In this document: one piece after another, positions 1 through 10,714 of the stretch | How the letters are laid out: each line of letters starts with the position of its first letter | Numbering within the stretch: position 1 is the stretch's first letter | Source: Octopus bimaculoides | Lineage: Eukaryota | Assembly: GCF_001194135.2 (NCBI RefSeq) | Contig: NC_068984.1 | Span: 91,154,259 to 91,190,884 of the forward strand | Length of the DNA: 36,626 nucleotides | Reading direction: 5' to 3' | Translations under genes and position numbers: made by a program | Notes under the pieces: model-generated | What the model was told of the DNA's origin: nothing | The model's input: only the letters and a program-made list of their open reading frames with translations | Database searches by the model: none

Positions 1-284
1 GGATTTTCGAGCGAGATCGTTGCCAGTGCCCCTGGACTGGCTTGTGCGGGTGGCACATAAAAGACACCATTTCGAGCGTGGCCGTTTTCGTGCGGGTGAC
101 ACGTAAAAGCACCCACTACACTCTCTGAGTGGTTGGCGTTAGGAAGGGCATCCAGCTGTAGAAACTCTGCCAAATCAGACTGGAGCCTGGTGTTGCCATC
201 CGGTTTCACCAGTCCTCAGTCAAATCGTCCAACCCATGCTAGCATGGAAAGCGGACGTTAAACGATGATGATGATGATGATGAT
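1..284 (+). mobile_element. 3' end of a young RTE-clade LINE family, ending in a (GAT)n tail
   Basis: Near-identical to 22524-22755 (+), 20011-20375 (-) and 36465-36626 (-). Tail GATGATGAT at 264-284. The same terminus follows RT-coding sequence in the copies at 21570-22755 and 12601-13916. Confidence 0.85.
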
Positions 285-659
285 AAGAGATCGGGGGATA
301 CTGTCAAAGGCTTTCTCTGTGTCAACAGAGGTTTATCCTTGGTACAGAGGTTTATCCTTGGCTAGGTATTTCTCCTGCACGTCTTACCAGAAATATAGTA
401 TCAATGGTGCTTTTCCCTGGCACGAACCCAATGCACTATATATTTGTTTTTCACTCATTTATTAGTGTTCTTATTTTATCTTATGTCCATTGTCTGAAAA
501 ATCTTTTATCACACGTCTGTGACCTCTTCAGTGACATTTTCTATCCAGCCAGTTGTGGTTGCTGCTGACAAGGATACACATCATAGAAGGACAGAATGGA
601 CTAAGCAGAGTAGGAGAACTGTTTGAGTGGGATGGTCTACTCAACATGAAGAAAATTCA

Positions 660-858
660 AACTGGGCGCCACCTGCAAGATCATGTGCTATTTATCTTGA
701 TATGAGATCACCATGTCGCACACATATGGTTGTGATGCATGTGTCTGGTGTACCCTTATCAGACAAGTAGTCATGATGGGTATATTGGGCTTTGTATATT
801 TTACCCCAGTATCACTTTGATGGCATGCATGCTCTTTCAGTCAATAACAATAATAATA
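660..858 (+). repeat. 5'-truncated copy of an unclassified (AAT)n-tailed interspersed repeat (called element X here)
   Basis: Homologous to 2846-3030 (+), 3889-4393 (-) and 5263-5425 (-). Ends in ...cactcAATAAT tracts. Confidence 0.7.
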
Positions 859-879
859 ATTTATCTCCATTGTCTATTT

Positions 880-1368
880 ATTGACAAGAGCATACCCTAT
901 GACTATAATATCTTGGCAAAAGAATTTGATAAGCTCAGAAAATATAAAGATTTGCTGATTGAAATTGAAAAGATGTGACATCTCAAGACAGTTACAATAC
1001 TAGTAATTATAGGAGCACTTGGAATGATCAAAAAAGGAACTGAAAATTATTTAAGAATGATCCTTGGCTTACCATCCATGCAGGAAGTGCAAAAGATTGT
1101 CTTAACTGGTACATCAGAGGTATTGAGAAGAGCATTGTTGCTGTGAATTTTCTTTCCTTTTTTTCCCTTTTATTTACTTTGTTTATATTTTTATTTTTAT
1201 TTTTTCCTTTTTCTCTCTGTCTTTCTTCCCTTTTTTTTTCTTTATCACATGACTTTGTAAACGAACAATCTGGTGTCTTTATTTTAATGGCCTACCAATG
1301 TATACAGTACGTTTCTCTACCTAGGTGTCAGGAAGACACTAGGCAAGAAATGGAAACAGAAGTGAAAT
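880..1368 (+). mobile_element. R4/Dong-type (RLE endonuclease) LINE, 3' end with 3' UTR
   Basis: Translates as IDKSIPYDYNILAKEFDKLRKYKDLLIEIEKM*HLKTVTILVIIGALGMIK, the C-terminus of a restriction-like endonuclease. The UTR at 1143-1368 is repeated at 2543-2740. Confidence 0.8.
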
Positions 1369-2762
1369 GAGGGCTCTGGCATTCAGCACACAAGTATGAA
1401 AGAGATCAGGAGAGTTCAAGCAGTCTTAAAATTCAAGTTAAATACACATAACAAGGTGTTAGCCATAAATTCCTTAGCAGTTCCAGTTGTTATTTACAGT
1501 TTCAATGTGTTGAACGGGAATATGAGTGAAATAAGGAAGATCGACAGGAAAATCTGTAAGCTGCTGACTTGCAAAATGCACCACCCAAAGGCAGACCCAA
1601 ATCGTCTTTACCTCCCCACAGCCCAAGGAGGTTGAGGGTTGATCCAATTTGAAATCTCTTACAAAACCATCACAACTGGACTGGCCAAATCTCTTGAAGC
1701 ATCTAATGACTGGATGCTAAAACTCATGAGAAACCACGAAAGACATAAAAAGCTTCATTCTGTCATGAAGGAGAGCAAAAAATTTACTAATGAGTTCATG
1801 TATAATATCCAGATTGAACAGCATAATGGAAGTGCAACAACTGCTGTTGCAAAGACGGTGAAATCGATTGCAAAGCAAAAAAGTGTTTGAACAATTGGCT
1901 GATAGGTGAGAACAAAAACCTCTGCATGGCAAATAATGTGGCCTGTAGAAAACAAGCTGATGTAGGCCAAAAGCACACCCATCAGTGGCTAGGGAGCTCA
2001 GGGCCAAAGACAAAGAGTGAAGGCTTTATCCTAGCTGCTCAAGATCAGGGTTTACTGATCTGAAACTACCATTCCAATGTGAGGAAAAATGGAGTAGACC
2101 CAAAGTGTCAATATTGCAATGATGAAATTGAAACAGTAGACCACCTAATCTCTGGGTGTAAGGTTTAGCACCAGTAGACTATAAATCTAGATATGACAGA
2201 GTTTGCCAATATCTACACTGGATAATATGTCGGCATTATAAAATCAAAACTGCTGACAAATGGTACAAACACCATCCTGAGGCTGTAACTGAGGGAGAAA
2301 ATGTAACGATTCTTTGGGACTGTCTAGTACATACAGACTGGACCATCAAAGCAAATAAACTAGATATTGTTGTGAAATACCAAAATAATAATGTGTCATC
2401 TCAAGATGGTAGGAGCACTTGGAATGATCAAAAAAGGAACAGAAAATTATTTGAGGATAATTCCTGGCTTACTATCCATGCAGGAAGTGCAAAAAATTGT
2501 CTTAACTGGTATGTCACACATACTGGGAAGAGCTTTGTCACTGTGAATTCCACTCCTATTTTCTTTGTTTTATTTTTTTTCCTTCTTTCCTGTCTTTCTT
2601 CCCTTTTTTTCTATCATGTAACTTTGTAAATGAACAATCTGGTGTCTTTATTTTAATGGCTTACCAATGTATACAGTGAGTTTCTTTGCCCTAGGTGTTG
2701 GGATGACACTCAGCAAGAAATGGAAACAAAATTGAAAGAAGATAATGATAATAATAATAACA
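1369..2762 (+). mobile_element. Degenerate, 5'-truncated R4/Dong-type LINE (RT C-terminus, CCHC knuckle, RLE), directly after the first copy
   Basis: Motifs NKVLAINSLAVPVVIYSF, RLYLPTAQGG*GL, EGFILAAQDQ, KCQYCNDEIETVDHLISGC, ILWD and NKLDIVV. Stops, frameshifts and an internal deletion near 2395-2415. AAT tail at about 2743-2760. Confidence 0.85.
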
Positions 2763-2845
2763 AGAAGAATGATTTCTAATTTTGGCACAAGGGAAGGGGT
2801 AAGTTGATTACATTGACCCCAGTGTGTAACTAGTATTCTAACTGG

Positions 2846-3030
2846 GTTCCACCTGCAATGTCCTCCACAGTTTATCTTGATATGAGGTCACCTTGTCACA
2901 CTACTATGGTTTGATGATGAGTAGTCATGATGGGTATACTGGGCTTTGTATATTTTTACCCCAGGGTCGCTTTGATGACATGCACTGTCCTCTCACTCAA
3001 TAATAATAACAATATAATCAACAACAACAA
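2846..3030 (+). repeat. Element X copy (5'-truncated)
   Basis: Aligns with 660-858 and ends ...ctctcactcAATAATAAT. Confidence 0.65.
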
Positions 3031-3034
3031 CAAT

Positions 3035-3240
3035 CCTTTCTACTATAAGCACAACATTTGAAATTTTGGAGGAAAATGTTAGTCAATTACATTGACTCTA
3101 GTACTCAACTGGTACTTATTTTATTGACCCTGAAAAGATGATCAGCAAAGTTGACCTCAGTGGGATTTGAACTCAGAATGTAAAGATGGATGAAATGCTG
3201 CTAAGTATTTTGTCTGGCATGCTAATGATTTTGCCAGGTG
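3035..3240 (-). mobile_element. tRNA-derived SINE, family A (central CCTTTCATCCTTTCGGGGTCGATAAA-type domain), decayed
   Basis: Reverse complement has a B-box-like GAGTTCAAATCCC, the central domain, and a GTAGAAAGGATT tail shared with 4447-4674. Confidence 0.7.
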
Positions 3241-3404
3241 ACAGTCTTAACAACAACAACAATAATAAAAACACTGTACTTATCTTTATATCATTGTCTT
3301 GTGGTTGATAAAATAAAGTATGAGTCAAATATTAGGCTCAATGATAACAACTAACCTCCTCCCCTGTGCCGAAATTTGAAAACATTATTATTATTGAGTT
3401 CAAA

Positions 3405-3530
3405 TTCTGCAGAATTTGACTTTCCCTTTCATCCTTTGGGAATCCATAAAATAAGTACCAGTTGAACACTGGGGTTGATGTCAACTCATCCCCTCCCCCC
3501 AAATTGCTGTCCTTGTGGCAAAATTTGAAA

Positions 3531-3566
<36 letters not shown>
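3405..3566 (+). mobile_element. SINE family A fragment with (ATT)n tail
   Basis: CCCTTTCATCCTTTGGGAATCCATAAAATAAGTACCAGTTG matches the family A core. Confidence 0.6.
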
Positions 3567-3567
<1 letters not shown>

Positions 3568-3845
3568 GGAGCATGGCTTAATGGTTAGGGTGTTGCACTC
3601 ACAATCATGAGATCATGGGTTCAATTCCCAGACCAGACAGTGTATTGTGTTCTTGAGCAAAACACTTCACCACATGTCACTCAGTAATCACTTTGACATG
3701 CTACACGTGACACTGTGCACCTGTCCAGGTAATGTCAATTTGATGGAGGGAGTGTGCTAATGTGCAGCACATACATTTGATCACTATTAACAAATCATCT
3801 ATGCAGGTTGTTCAGCAAGAAATTGCTGAACTGTCTTTCTCAGAC
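3568..3845 (+). mobile_element. Decayed tRNA-derived SINE with CORE-like domain
   Basis: A-box-like TGGCTTAATGGTTAGG and B-box-like GGTTCAATTCCC, followed by TGTGTTCTTGAGCAAAACACTT. Confidence 0.6.
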
Positions 3846-3888
3846 TCAAAAGATTACTATTAACAAGGTTCTATCATTATTATTATTA

Positions 3889-4393
3889 TTGAGTGAGAGA
3901 GCAATGCATGCCATGAAAGTGACATATATGAAGCCCAGTGTACCCATCATGACTACCTGTCTGATAAGGGTACACCAAGCATGTGCATCACAACCATATG
4001 TGCACGACAAGTGAACTCATATCAAGATTAACAGTGCTTGATCATGCAGGTGAGGCCCAGGTCTCTGAATAAGGGTTGTTTAAGGATGTTGAATAAAACA
4101 CCCATGTTTCCAGAGATTAATTATCCAAACCCCAAAGAATTTCTCTCAATACATGGCTATGATGCTCCACCACTACTTCTACTCATGATCAGAGATGCAC
4201 ATACTGTCAGCCATTAAGGGACATGCTTGACTGGTTAAGGTCAATCAACTGACAAGCAAATCTGTGGTATTGAGCAGAATATTTCCTGTGGCCCATCTTT
4301 TATACCAAGACAAAACAAAGCACATGATAACACTTCCAATCAGTTAAGATGAGAAGCCATGAGAGCCACTGCCTTGTACTGCATCTGAGCATT
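3889..4393 (-). repeat. Longest copy of element X (~500 bp), bounded by (ATT)n on both sides
   Basis: Its 3' ~170 bp matches the three shorter copies. (ATT)n tracts at about 3874-3888 and 4394-4446. Confidence 0.65.
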
Positions 4394-4446
4394 TATTATT
4401 ATTATTATTATTATCATTATTATTATTATTATCATTATTATTATTA

Positions 4447-4674
4447 AGGTGGCAAGCTGGCAGAATCGTTATTATGTTGAACAAAATATTCAGCAGTATT
4501 TCACCCATCGCAACATTCTGAATTCAAATTCTGCTGAGGTCAACCTTGCCTTTCATCCTTTCAGAGTTGATAAATTAAGGACCAGTGAAACACTGGGATC
4601 AATGTAATCAACCAGTCCTCTTCCACCAAATTTCAGGCCTAGTGCCTATAGTAGAAAGGATTATTATTATTATT
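4447..4674 (+). mobile_element. Full-length SINE family A
   Basis: GGTGGCAAGCTGGCAGAATCGTTA head, GAATTCAAATTC B-box-like motif, core domain and (ATT)n tail. Confidence 0.75.
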
Positions 4675-5013
4675 CGTCGCCCTTTCAAAGCCTAGCCAGG
4701 CTCATGGGCCCGGTTTCCCGGTTTCTATGGCGTATGTGTTCCCCCCAGCTGGACGGGACGGCAGTCCATCACAGCNNNNNNNNNNTGTGTTCCCCCCAGC
4801 TGGACGGGACGGCAGTCCATCACAGCATTACTCAAGAAACAGGAAGAAAGAGTGAAAGAAAGTTGGGGCGAAAGAGTACAACAGGGATTGCCACCACCCC
4901 CTGCCGGAGCCTCGTGGAGCTAAGGTGTTTTCGCTCAATAAACACTCACAACGCCCGGTCTGGGAATCGAAACCGCGAGTCCGCTGCCCTAACGACTGGG
5001 CCCTTTGCGCCTC
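4675..5013 (-). mobile_element. tRNA-derived SINE family B, tail type 1
   Basis: Reverse complement begins GAGGCGCAAAGGGCCCAGTCGTTAGGGCAGCGGACTCGCGGTTTCGATTCCCAGACC. The same head occurs at 20419 and 29412. Confidence 0.8.
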
Positions 5014-5069
5014 TTCTTCTTTTTCTTCTTCTTCTTATTATTAATAATAATAATAATGATAATAATAAT

Positions 5070-5262
5070 AAGGAGGCAAGCTAGGCAAAATGCTTAGTGG
5101 CATTTTGTCCATCTTTATGTTCTGAGTTCAAATTCCGCCATGGTCAACTTCGCCTTTCATCCTTTTAGGATTAATAAAACGAGTACCAGTTGAGCACTTA
5201 GTTTACCCCTCCCCCCAAATTTCAGGCCTTAAGCCTATGGTAGAAAGGATTATTATAATTAT
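5070..5262 (+). mobile_element. SINE family A copy
   Basis: GAGTTCAAATTCCGCC B-box, core domain and ATT tail. Confidence 0.7.
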
Positions 5263-5425
5263 TGAGTGAGAGAGCAGTGCATGCCATCAAAGTGACACTG
5301 GGGTGAAGTATATGAAGCTCAGCATACCCACCATGACTACCCATCTGACAAGAGTAAACCAGGCACATGCATCACAACCATATGTGCTCGACATGGTGAT
5401 CTCATATCAACATAAATAGTGCATA
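5263..5425 (-). repeat. Element X copy (5'-truncated)
   Basis: Aligns with 3889-4030. Confidence 0.65.
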
Positions 5426-5436
5426 ACTTTATCAAT

Positions 5437-5585
5437 AATGCTTAGCAGTATTTCGTCTGTCTTTACGTTCCGAGTTCAAATTTTGCCGAGGTCGACATTG
5501 CCTTTCATTCTTTTGGGGTCGATAAATTAAGTACTAGTTGCGTACTGGGGTCGATTAAATTTGCAATTTCAAAAGGATTATATTC
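5437..5585 (+). mobile_element. SINE family A fragment (CpG-rich, relatively young)
   Basis: CGAGTTCAAATTTTGCCGAGGTCGAC...GGGGTCGATAAATTAAGTAC matches the family A core. Confidence 0.7.
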
Positions 5586-5587
5586 TC

Positions 5588-5982
5588 CTCAAAGTTACGA
5601 GGGAAAAACTCGGATCTTGTGAATTTTCTGAAGTCCCCACCTCCGTTGCTTTCCGCGCATTTTTGTTTTCAGATTCGTTTCCTACGTAGGTGTGAAGTAG
5701 AAAGATATCCCTTTTTCTCAAAGTTACGAGGGAAAAACATCAGATCTTGTGGATTTTCCGACGTCCTCTCCCCTACTCTTTCGGAAAAGATTTCCCCCAC
5801 AAATTTCTTTATAATTGTAATGTATACCGTTTGAAAGGTATTTATATAAAATTTCATTAAAAAAAATAAAACATTTTCCTGAAAGTTGAGGGAAAAACAT
5901 CGGATCTTGTGAATTTTCCGAAGGCCTCTCACTCCACCCCTGTTGCTTTCCGGGCATTTTTGTTTTCATATTTGTTTCCTAC
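5588..5982. repeat. Three dispersed direct copies of a ~50-95 bp unit
   Basis: AAAGTT(AC)GAGGGAAAAA(CAT)CGGATCTTGTGAATTTTC at 5588, 5717 and 5882. Copies 1 and 3 continue with GTTGCTTTCCG.GCATTTTTGTTTTCA...TTTCCTAC. Confidence 0.8.
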
Positions 5983-6099
5983 ACCTTTTTTTTCACACCC
6001 GTTGCACTATTTTTTTTTTTTCAATTTCGTTTCCGGGTAATAATGTCAACATTAACCGCATTTTTTTTAGGGGTGTATAATGATGTTTTTTAAGAGAAG

Positions 6100-6337
6100 C
6101 ATCTGAGCCAGTAATTGTAATGAGGGAGAATTTGAAGTAAAGCAGCAAAGATAATTACGCACTTGTTAGATAGACATTGCGAATCTGCAGAAATTTTCTC
6201 TTTAGAACTCTTCAATGTTTCATTTACTTTTCGTTTGGGGCCTGTTGTAAACTTCCTGTTTAGTTTGCTAGCACCCAAGCAACAAGGTGGATGGTTGAAA
6301 AATCATTCTTACTCTGTCGCTTCGCAACACTCTTTAG
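6100..6337 (+). promoter_or_regulatory. Candidate promoter and non-coding first exon of the KLHL gene
   Basis: Unique, TE-free sequence. ETS-type ACTTCCTGT at 6251-6259 and a strong donor TAG|GTAAGC at 6337/6338. Linkage to exon 30477 is inference only. Confidence 0.35.
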
Positions 6338-8670
6338 GTAAGCTGATGCTATATTTTTAAGTTTTCGCTACTGTCTATATCGAAACTACTATATTATTCC
6401 TACTTTGCTATTACTATTAAAAACAAGTTATTCCTGTATGTCAGTCAATTTTGCCCTTAGGCTTCAAGTACCTCAACTGATAGATTGCACATGGTTTTTA
6501 TTTGTAAAACGTGTGTGAATGATGTTTTGATTTGACAGTAGGGTCCTGGATAGAAAAGATCTAATGATTATTAATCTGGCTATTGGAAATATAAATAAAA
6601 TGTATTTATGAATAAGAGTTATGTCCATGTTTAGCGAATAGAGATAATCTACCCGTGTATGTTTTGAATGTTACATGTATTTTAAATTAAATAAACTGAC
6701 TACATTTAGTAGGTAGGTACCACCCAGTACTGTTGCCATGAAGTCACACTACTAGTAAATCAGCTGTCAATAATAATTTGATTTTAATATCTAAATTTTT
6801 TAGTAGTTCTTTGCTAAATTATATTGAAATTGAGTTATTGCAGTGTGTGTTTTGATATATTTAATTGACATATGCCACCTTTCTCGGGCCTGTTGATTAC
6901 ATATTCATTCGATTGTTGATTTAAAATTGAAAAAGAAAGAAAAGGAAAGAAAAAGATTCTCGTTAAAAGTGTCTAAGTTTTTTGATTGAATCTGGAGCAA
7001 GTAGGTATGAAAGATAACTTAATACTTACACAAGTACTTATATTATAGGTTCGCTACAGAAAATTACGTTCATTCTATTTTCGTCAGTGGCATTACTTAA
7101 GAATTACTGTTGTCTCAAGACAAACCTAACTTTTAAGATGGCTGCAGACTTTTAAGGTTTTTCTTATTAACTTTTCTCCAAGATTGAATGATTTTACTTT
7201 TGCTTTTTACAGTAATGTGTCTGCATAAGCATTATAAATAATTGAACGTATTCATGTGGATACCTACAATATGATTGAGAATTAGCGAATAAATGATGCA
7301 TCTATTATTGACAAAATTATGAGAAAAAAATACGATTTAATTTCTATGAATTTAGCTTTTTTCAACCTATCTAATTATATTTTGGTTGATACGATCAGTC
7401 TAGAGGACGAACACGGTTATATTTTGTTAATGTATTCTCATATTCAAAGAATTTAGGTAAATTTCATTGCTGAAGATGATATATCGATGTGTGCGAAAAT
7501 CACTCATTTCGTAACTGATTAAAGAAAAATCTACAAATAAAATCTGTGAATTATAATTATCGTTGGTTTAATGCAGGTTTGTTATATTTTTTTAGGAGGG
7601 TAAAATATGTTGAAGTTTTTTTCTCCCTTAGTTCAATTTTTTAAAGAAAAGACAAATTATCGCTAGAATACTTAATTCTATTTACTGTGATTGGGGAACA
7701 GGTGAATTGTGTATTTTTATATCTTACTCTGACGTTTTGACTTTTGAGATATCGAGAACATTTTTCATTTTACTGTGAAAACTATATTTTGCTCTATTAT
7801 CTTGTCTTTTAATTTATATATTGATAAAAATATTTCCCTTCACATTCACGGCGGAAACTCTCAGACGTAACGAAAATGACAAATCCATAACATCGTTTTG
7901 GGTTGCTAGTTAGCATATATATCTCGAAGCGATAGTATATTAGAATTTCTCATTCTTTGAAGTAAATGTAAAGCTTCTGGTTATAAACTTCATAACATTG
8001 CCTTTCACCCCCACCCTACATACATATACATGCATACGTACATACATATTCACCTAAATGTATGCATATACATATATACACAAACATACATACGTACATA
8101 CATGTGCGTTTGTGTGTAAACACATTCCTTCTATGCTATTGATTTGTGGAAAAGAGTGGGCGAGTCTCCTGACGAGCAGTTTCGTGTTTGTTGACTGTTC
8201 TTCAGAGATGTATCCTAGTACCTTCCCCAGACGGTAGCACAGACATTTAACTGCTATATAAAGTATCATAAGTTAGACTCGCACTGTGGTGGATAGCCTA
8301 AGTTTCATATCTGTGCATTTGATGGCTTGTCTAATTAAACAGTATTTTATACACATCATGTATAAGAAGAAATTAAATAAATTACATATTACAAAGCTCT
8401 GCTGTGGATGAATTAAGAATGTAAATACACTATGTCTATGCTATTGATCTGAGGGAAAAATGAATGGGGAGAGTCTCTGGGTTGACTGTTTCAGTTTGGT
8501 TTCTAGATTGTTGGCCCTCAGAATAGCCATACACCAATCAATAGGGCAATCAGCTGAATTGCATTTATTTGGCATGTGATTTGATTAGAAAGGGTTTTGT
8601 TAATACTGAAATAGTTGCACACATGCTTATATATATATATATAAATATAATCGATGATAATCAAATATGT

Positions 8671-8880
8671 GTGCAGGCATGGCTGTGTAGTTGTGAAGTT
8701 CAGTTTGTCAACATATGGTTTCAGTTTGAACCCCATAGCATGCCACCTTGAGCAAGTATCAGACACTACAGACTTGGGTCAACCAAAGCCTTGTGAGTGG
8801 ATTTGGTAAACAGAAACTGAAAGAATGCCTTCATATATATATGTATGTGTGTATTTATGTGTATATGTGTGTGTGTGTGT
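8671..8880 (+). mobile_element. Decayed CORE-like tRNA SINE (family C) followed by (TA)/(TG) microsatellite
   Basis: GCATGGCTGTGTAG head, CACCTTGAGCAAGT core and CCAAAGCCTTGTGAGTGGATTTGGTA body. The body also occurs at 13916-13965, 14592-14720, 16729-16868 (-), 30220-30370 (-) and 33557-33660. Confidence 0.65.
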
Positions 8881-9539
8881 CGTCGTCGTTTAACATCTGC
8901 TTTCCATGTTAGCATGGATTGGGCGATTTGACTGAGGACTGGCAAGCCAGCAGGCAACACCAGGCTCCAATCTGATCTAGCAGAGTTTCTACAGCTGGAT
9001 GCCCTTCCTAATGCTAACCACTCCAAGAGTGTAGTGGGTGCTGTTACGTGCCACCGGCATGAGGGTCAGTCACATGGTACTGGCGATGGCCACGGGAGCC
9101 AGTCCAGCGGCACTGGCAACGACCTCACTCAAATGATTTTCTAATGTGCTACCAGCACAAGTGCTAGAAGGCGACACTGGTAACAATTCGGCTCAAATGG
9201 TGCTATTTACGGGCCACTAGCACGGAAGCCAGACAGCTGCTCTGACAATGAACACACTCGGACAATGCTGTTAGTGCTCCACTGGCGCAGGTGCCAGTCA
9301 TCAAGTATGGTTCAATTACAATTTCACTTTCACTCACCCCAACAGGTCTTCGCAAGTAGAGTTTAGTGTCCAATGAAGGAGAGGTTGGCATGGGTGCCAG
9401 TCGTCGGATTCGGTTCGATTTCGATTTCAGATTCCAAATTCCAAATTCACTTGCCTCAACAGGTCTTCGCAAGCAGAGTTTTTAGTGTCCAATGAAGTAA
9501 AGATACGAATAAGTGAGCTGGCTACACTTCTGGCAGAGG
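8881..9539 (-). mobile_element. RTE-family 3' region with tandem ~65-nt subunits, running into an assembly gap
   Basis: Begins with the reverse-complemented tail and CCATGTTAGCATGG...CAGCTGGATGCCCTTCCTAA. Colinear with 26046-26605. Confidence 0.8.
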
Positions 9540-10157
9540 NNNNNNNNNNNNNNNNNNNNNNNNNNNNNNNNNNNNNNNNNNNNNNNNNNNNNNNNNNNNN
9601 NNNNNNNNNNNNNNNNNNNNNNNNNNNNNNNNNNNNNNNNNNNNNNNNNNNNNNNNNNNNNNNNNNNNNNNNNNNNNNNNNNNNNNNNNNNNNNNNNNNN
9701 NNNNNNNNNNNNNNNNNNNNNNNNNNNNNNNNNNNNNNNNNNNNNNNNNNNNNNNNNNNNNNNNNNNNNNNNNNNNNNNNNNNNNNNNNNNNNNNNNNNN
9801 NNNNNNNNNNNNNNNNNNNNNNNNNNNNNNNNNNNNNNNNNNNNNNNNNNNNNNNNNNNNNNNNNNNNNNNNNNNNNNNNNNNNNNNNNNNNNNNNNNNN
9901 NNNNNNNNNNNNNNNNNNNNNNNNNNNNNNNNNNNNNNNNNNNNNNNNNNNNNNNNNNNNNNNNNNNNNNNNNNNNNNNNNNNNNNNNNNNNNNNNNNNN
10001 NNNNNNNNNNNNNNNNNNNNNNNNNNNNNNNNNNNNNNNNNNNNNNNNNNNNNNNNNNNNNNNNNNNNNNNNNNNNNNNNNNNNNNNNNNNNNNNNNNNN
10101 NNNNNNNNNNNNNNNNNNNNNNNNNNNNNNNNNNNNNNNNNNNNNNNNNNNNNNNNN

Positions 10158-10474
10158 TGTCTGGTGCCAATATGAGTCGCAGGCTCAGGGATGTGGGAGC
10201 GCGTGATCTCTAGCACAAACCAAAGATCCCCAAAATGTCCAATGCCATTCCCTGCATATTTGGTTTTATATCAGAGTGACCTTCTCCTAGAGACATGCTT
10301 CAACAAAAGCTGAGGGGCGCCTCACTCCCAGTGGTTTTTCAGCACGCTGGACACCCTGGAATTTCTGCGTACCCGTGCTATTGCTAGATAGCTGTTGAGC
10401 CTGCACTAGGTCCATCCGAGCTTTCAACAGGTCTTGCTTTTAATCCTACTGGGTGTCTAGCAACCCTCCTCACC
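10158..10474 (-). mobile_element. Probable RTE 5' UTR and start of ORF; may be the 5' end of the copy at 8881-9539
   Basis: GC-richer segment. The minus strand has CTAGGAGAAGGTCACTCTGATATAAAACC, recalled as resembling RTE 5' regions (not verified), and reads ...ATHIGT into the gap. Confidence 0.4.
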
Positions 10475-10506
10475 GCTAGTAGAGCAGCCATGCTTACACT
10501 GTAAAG

Positions 10507-10564
<58 letters not shown>

Positions 10565-10568
<4 letters not shown>

Positions 10569-10697
10569 TCATCATCATTTAATAGCCGTTGTCCATGCTG
10601 GCATGGGTTGAACAGTTTGACCCAAGCTGGAGAGCTGCACCTGGCTCCAGTCTGATTTGGCATGGTTTCTACAACTGGATTCCCTTCCTAACACCAA
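10565..10697 (-). mobile_element. Decayed RTE 3'-end fragment
   Basis: (CAT)n followed by CCATGCTGGCATGGGTTG...CTGGATTCCCTTCCTAAC. Confidence 0.7.
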
Positions 10698-10714
10698 CCC
10701 AATGGCCATGTTTT

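Noticed and set aside
491-536. Hammerhead-like CUGAAGA plus hairpin on the minus strand
   Set aside because: GAAA and stem III need at least three corrections. At most a dead relic.
4735-4826. 41-bp exact direct repeat flanking a 10-N gap
   Set aside because: Most likely an unmerged contig overlap, an assembly artefact.
9427-10216. Long 200-247 aa ORFs here and at 21842-22676
   Set aside because: They consist almost entirely of N-gap codons.
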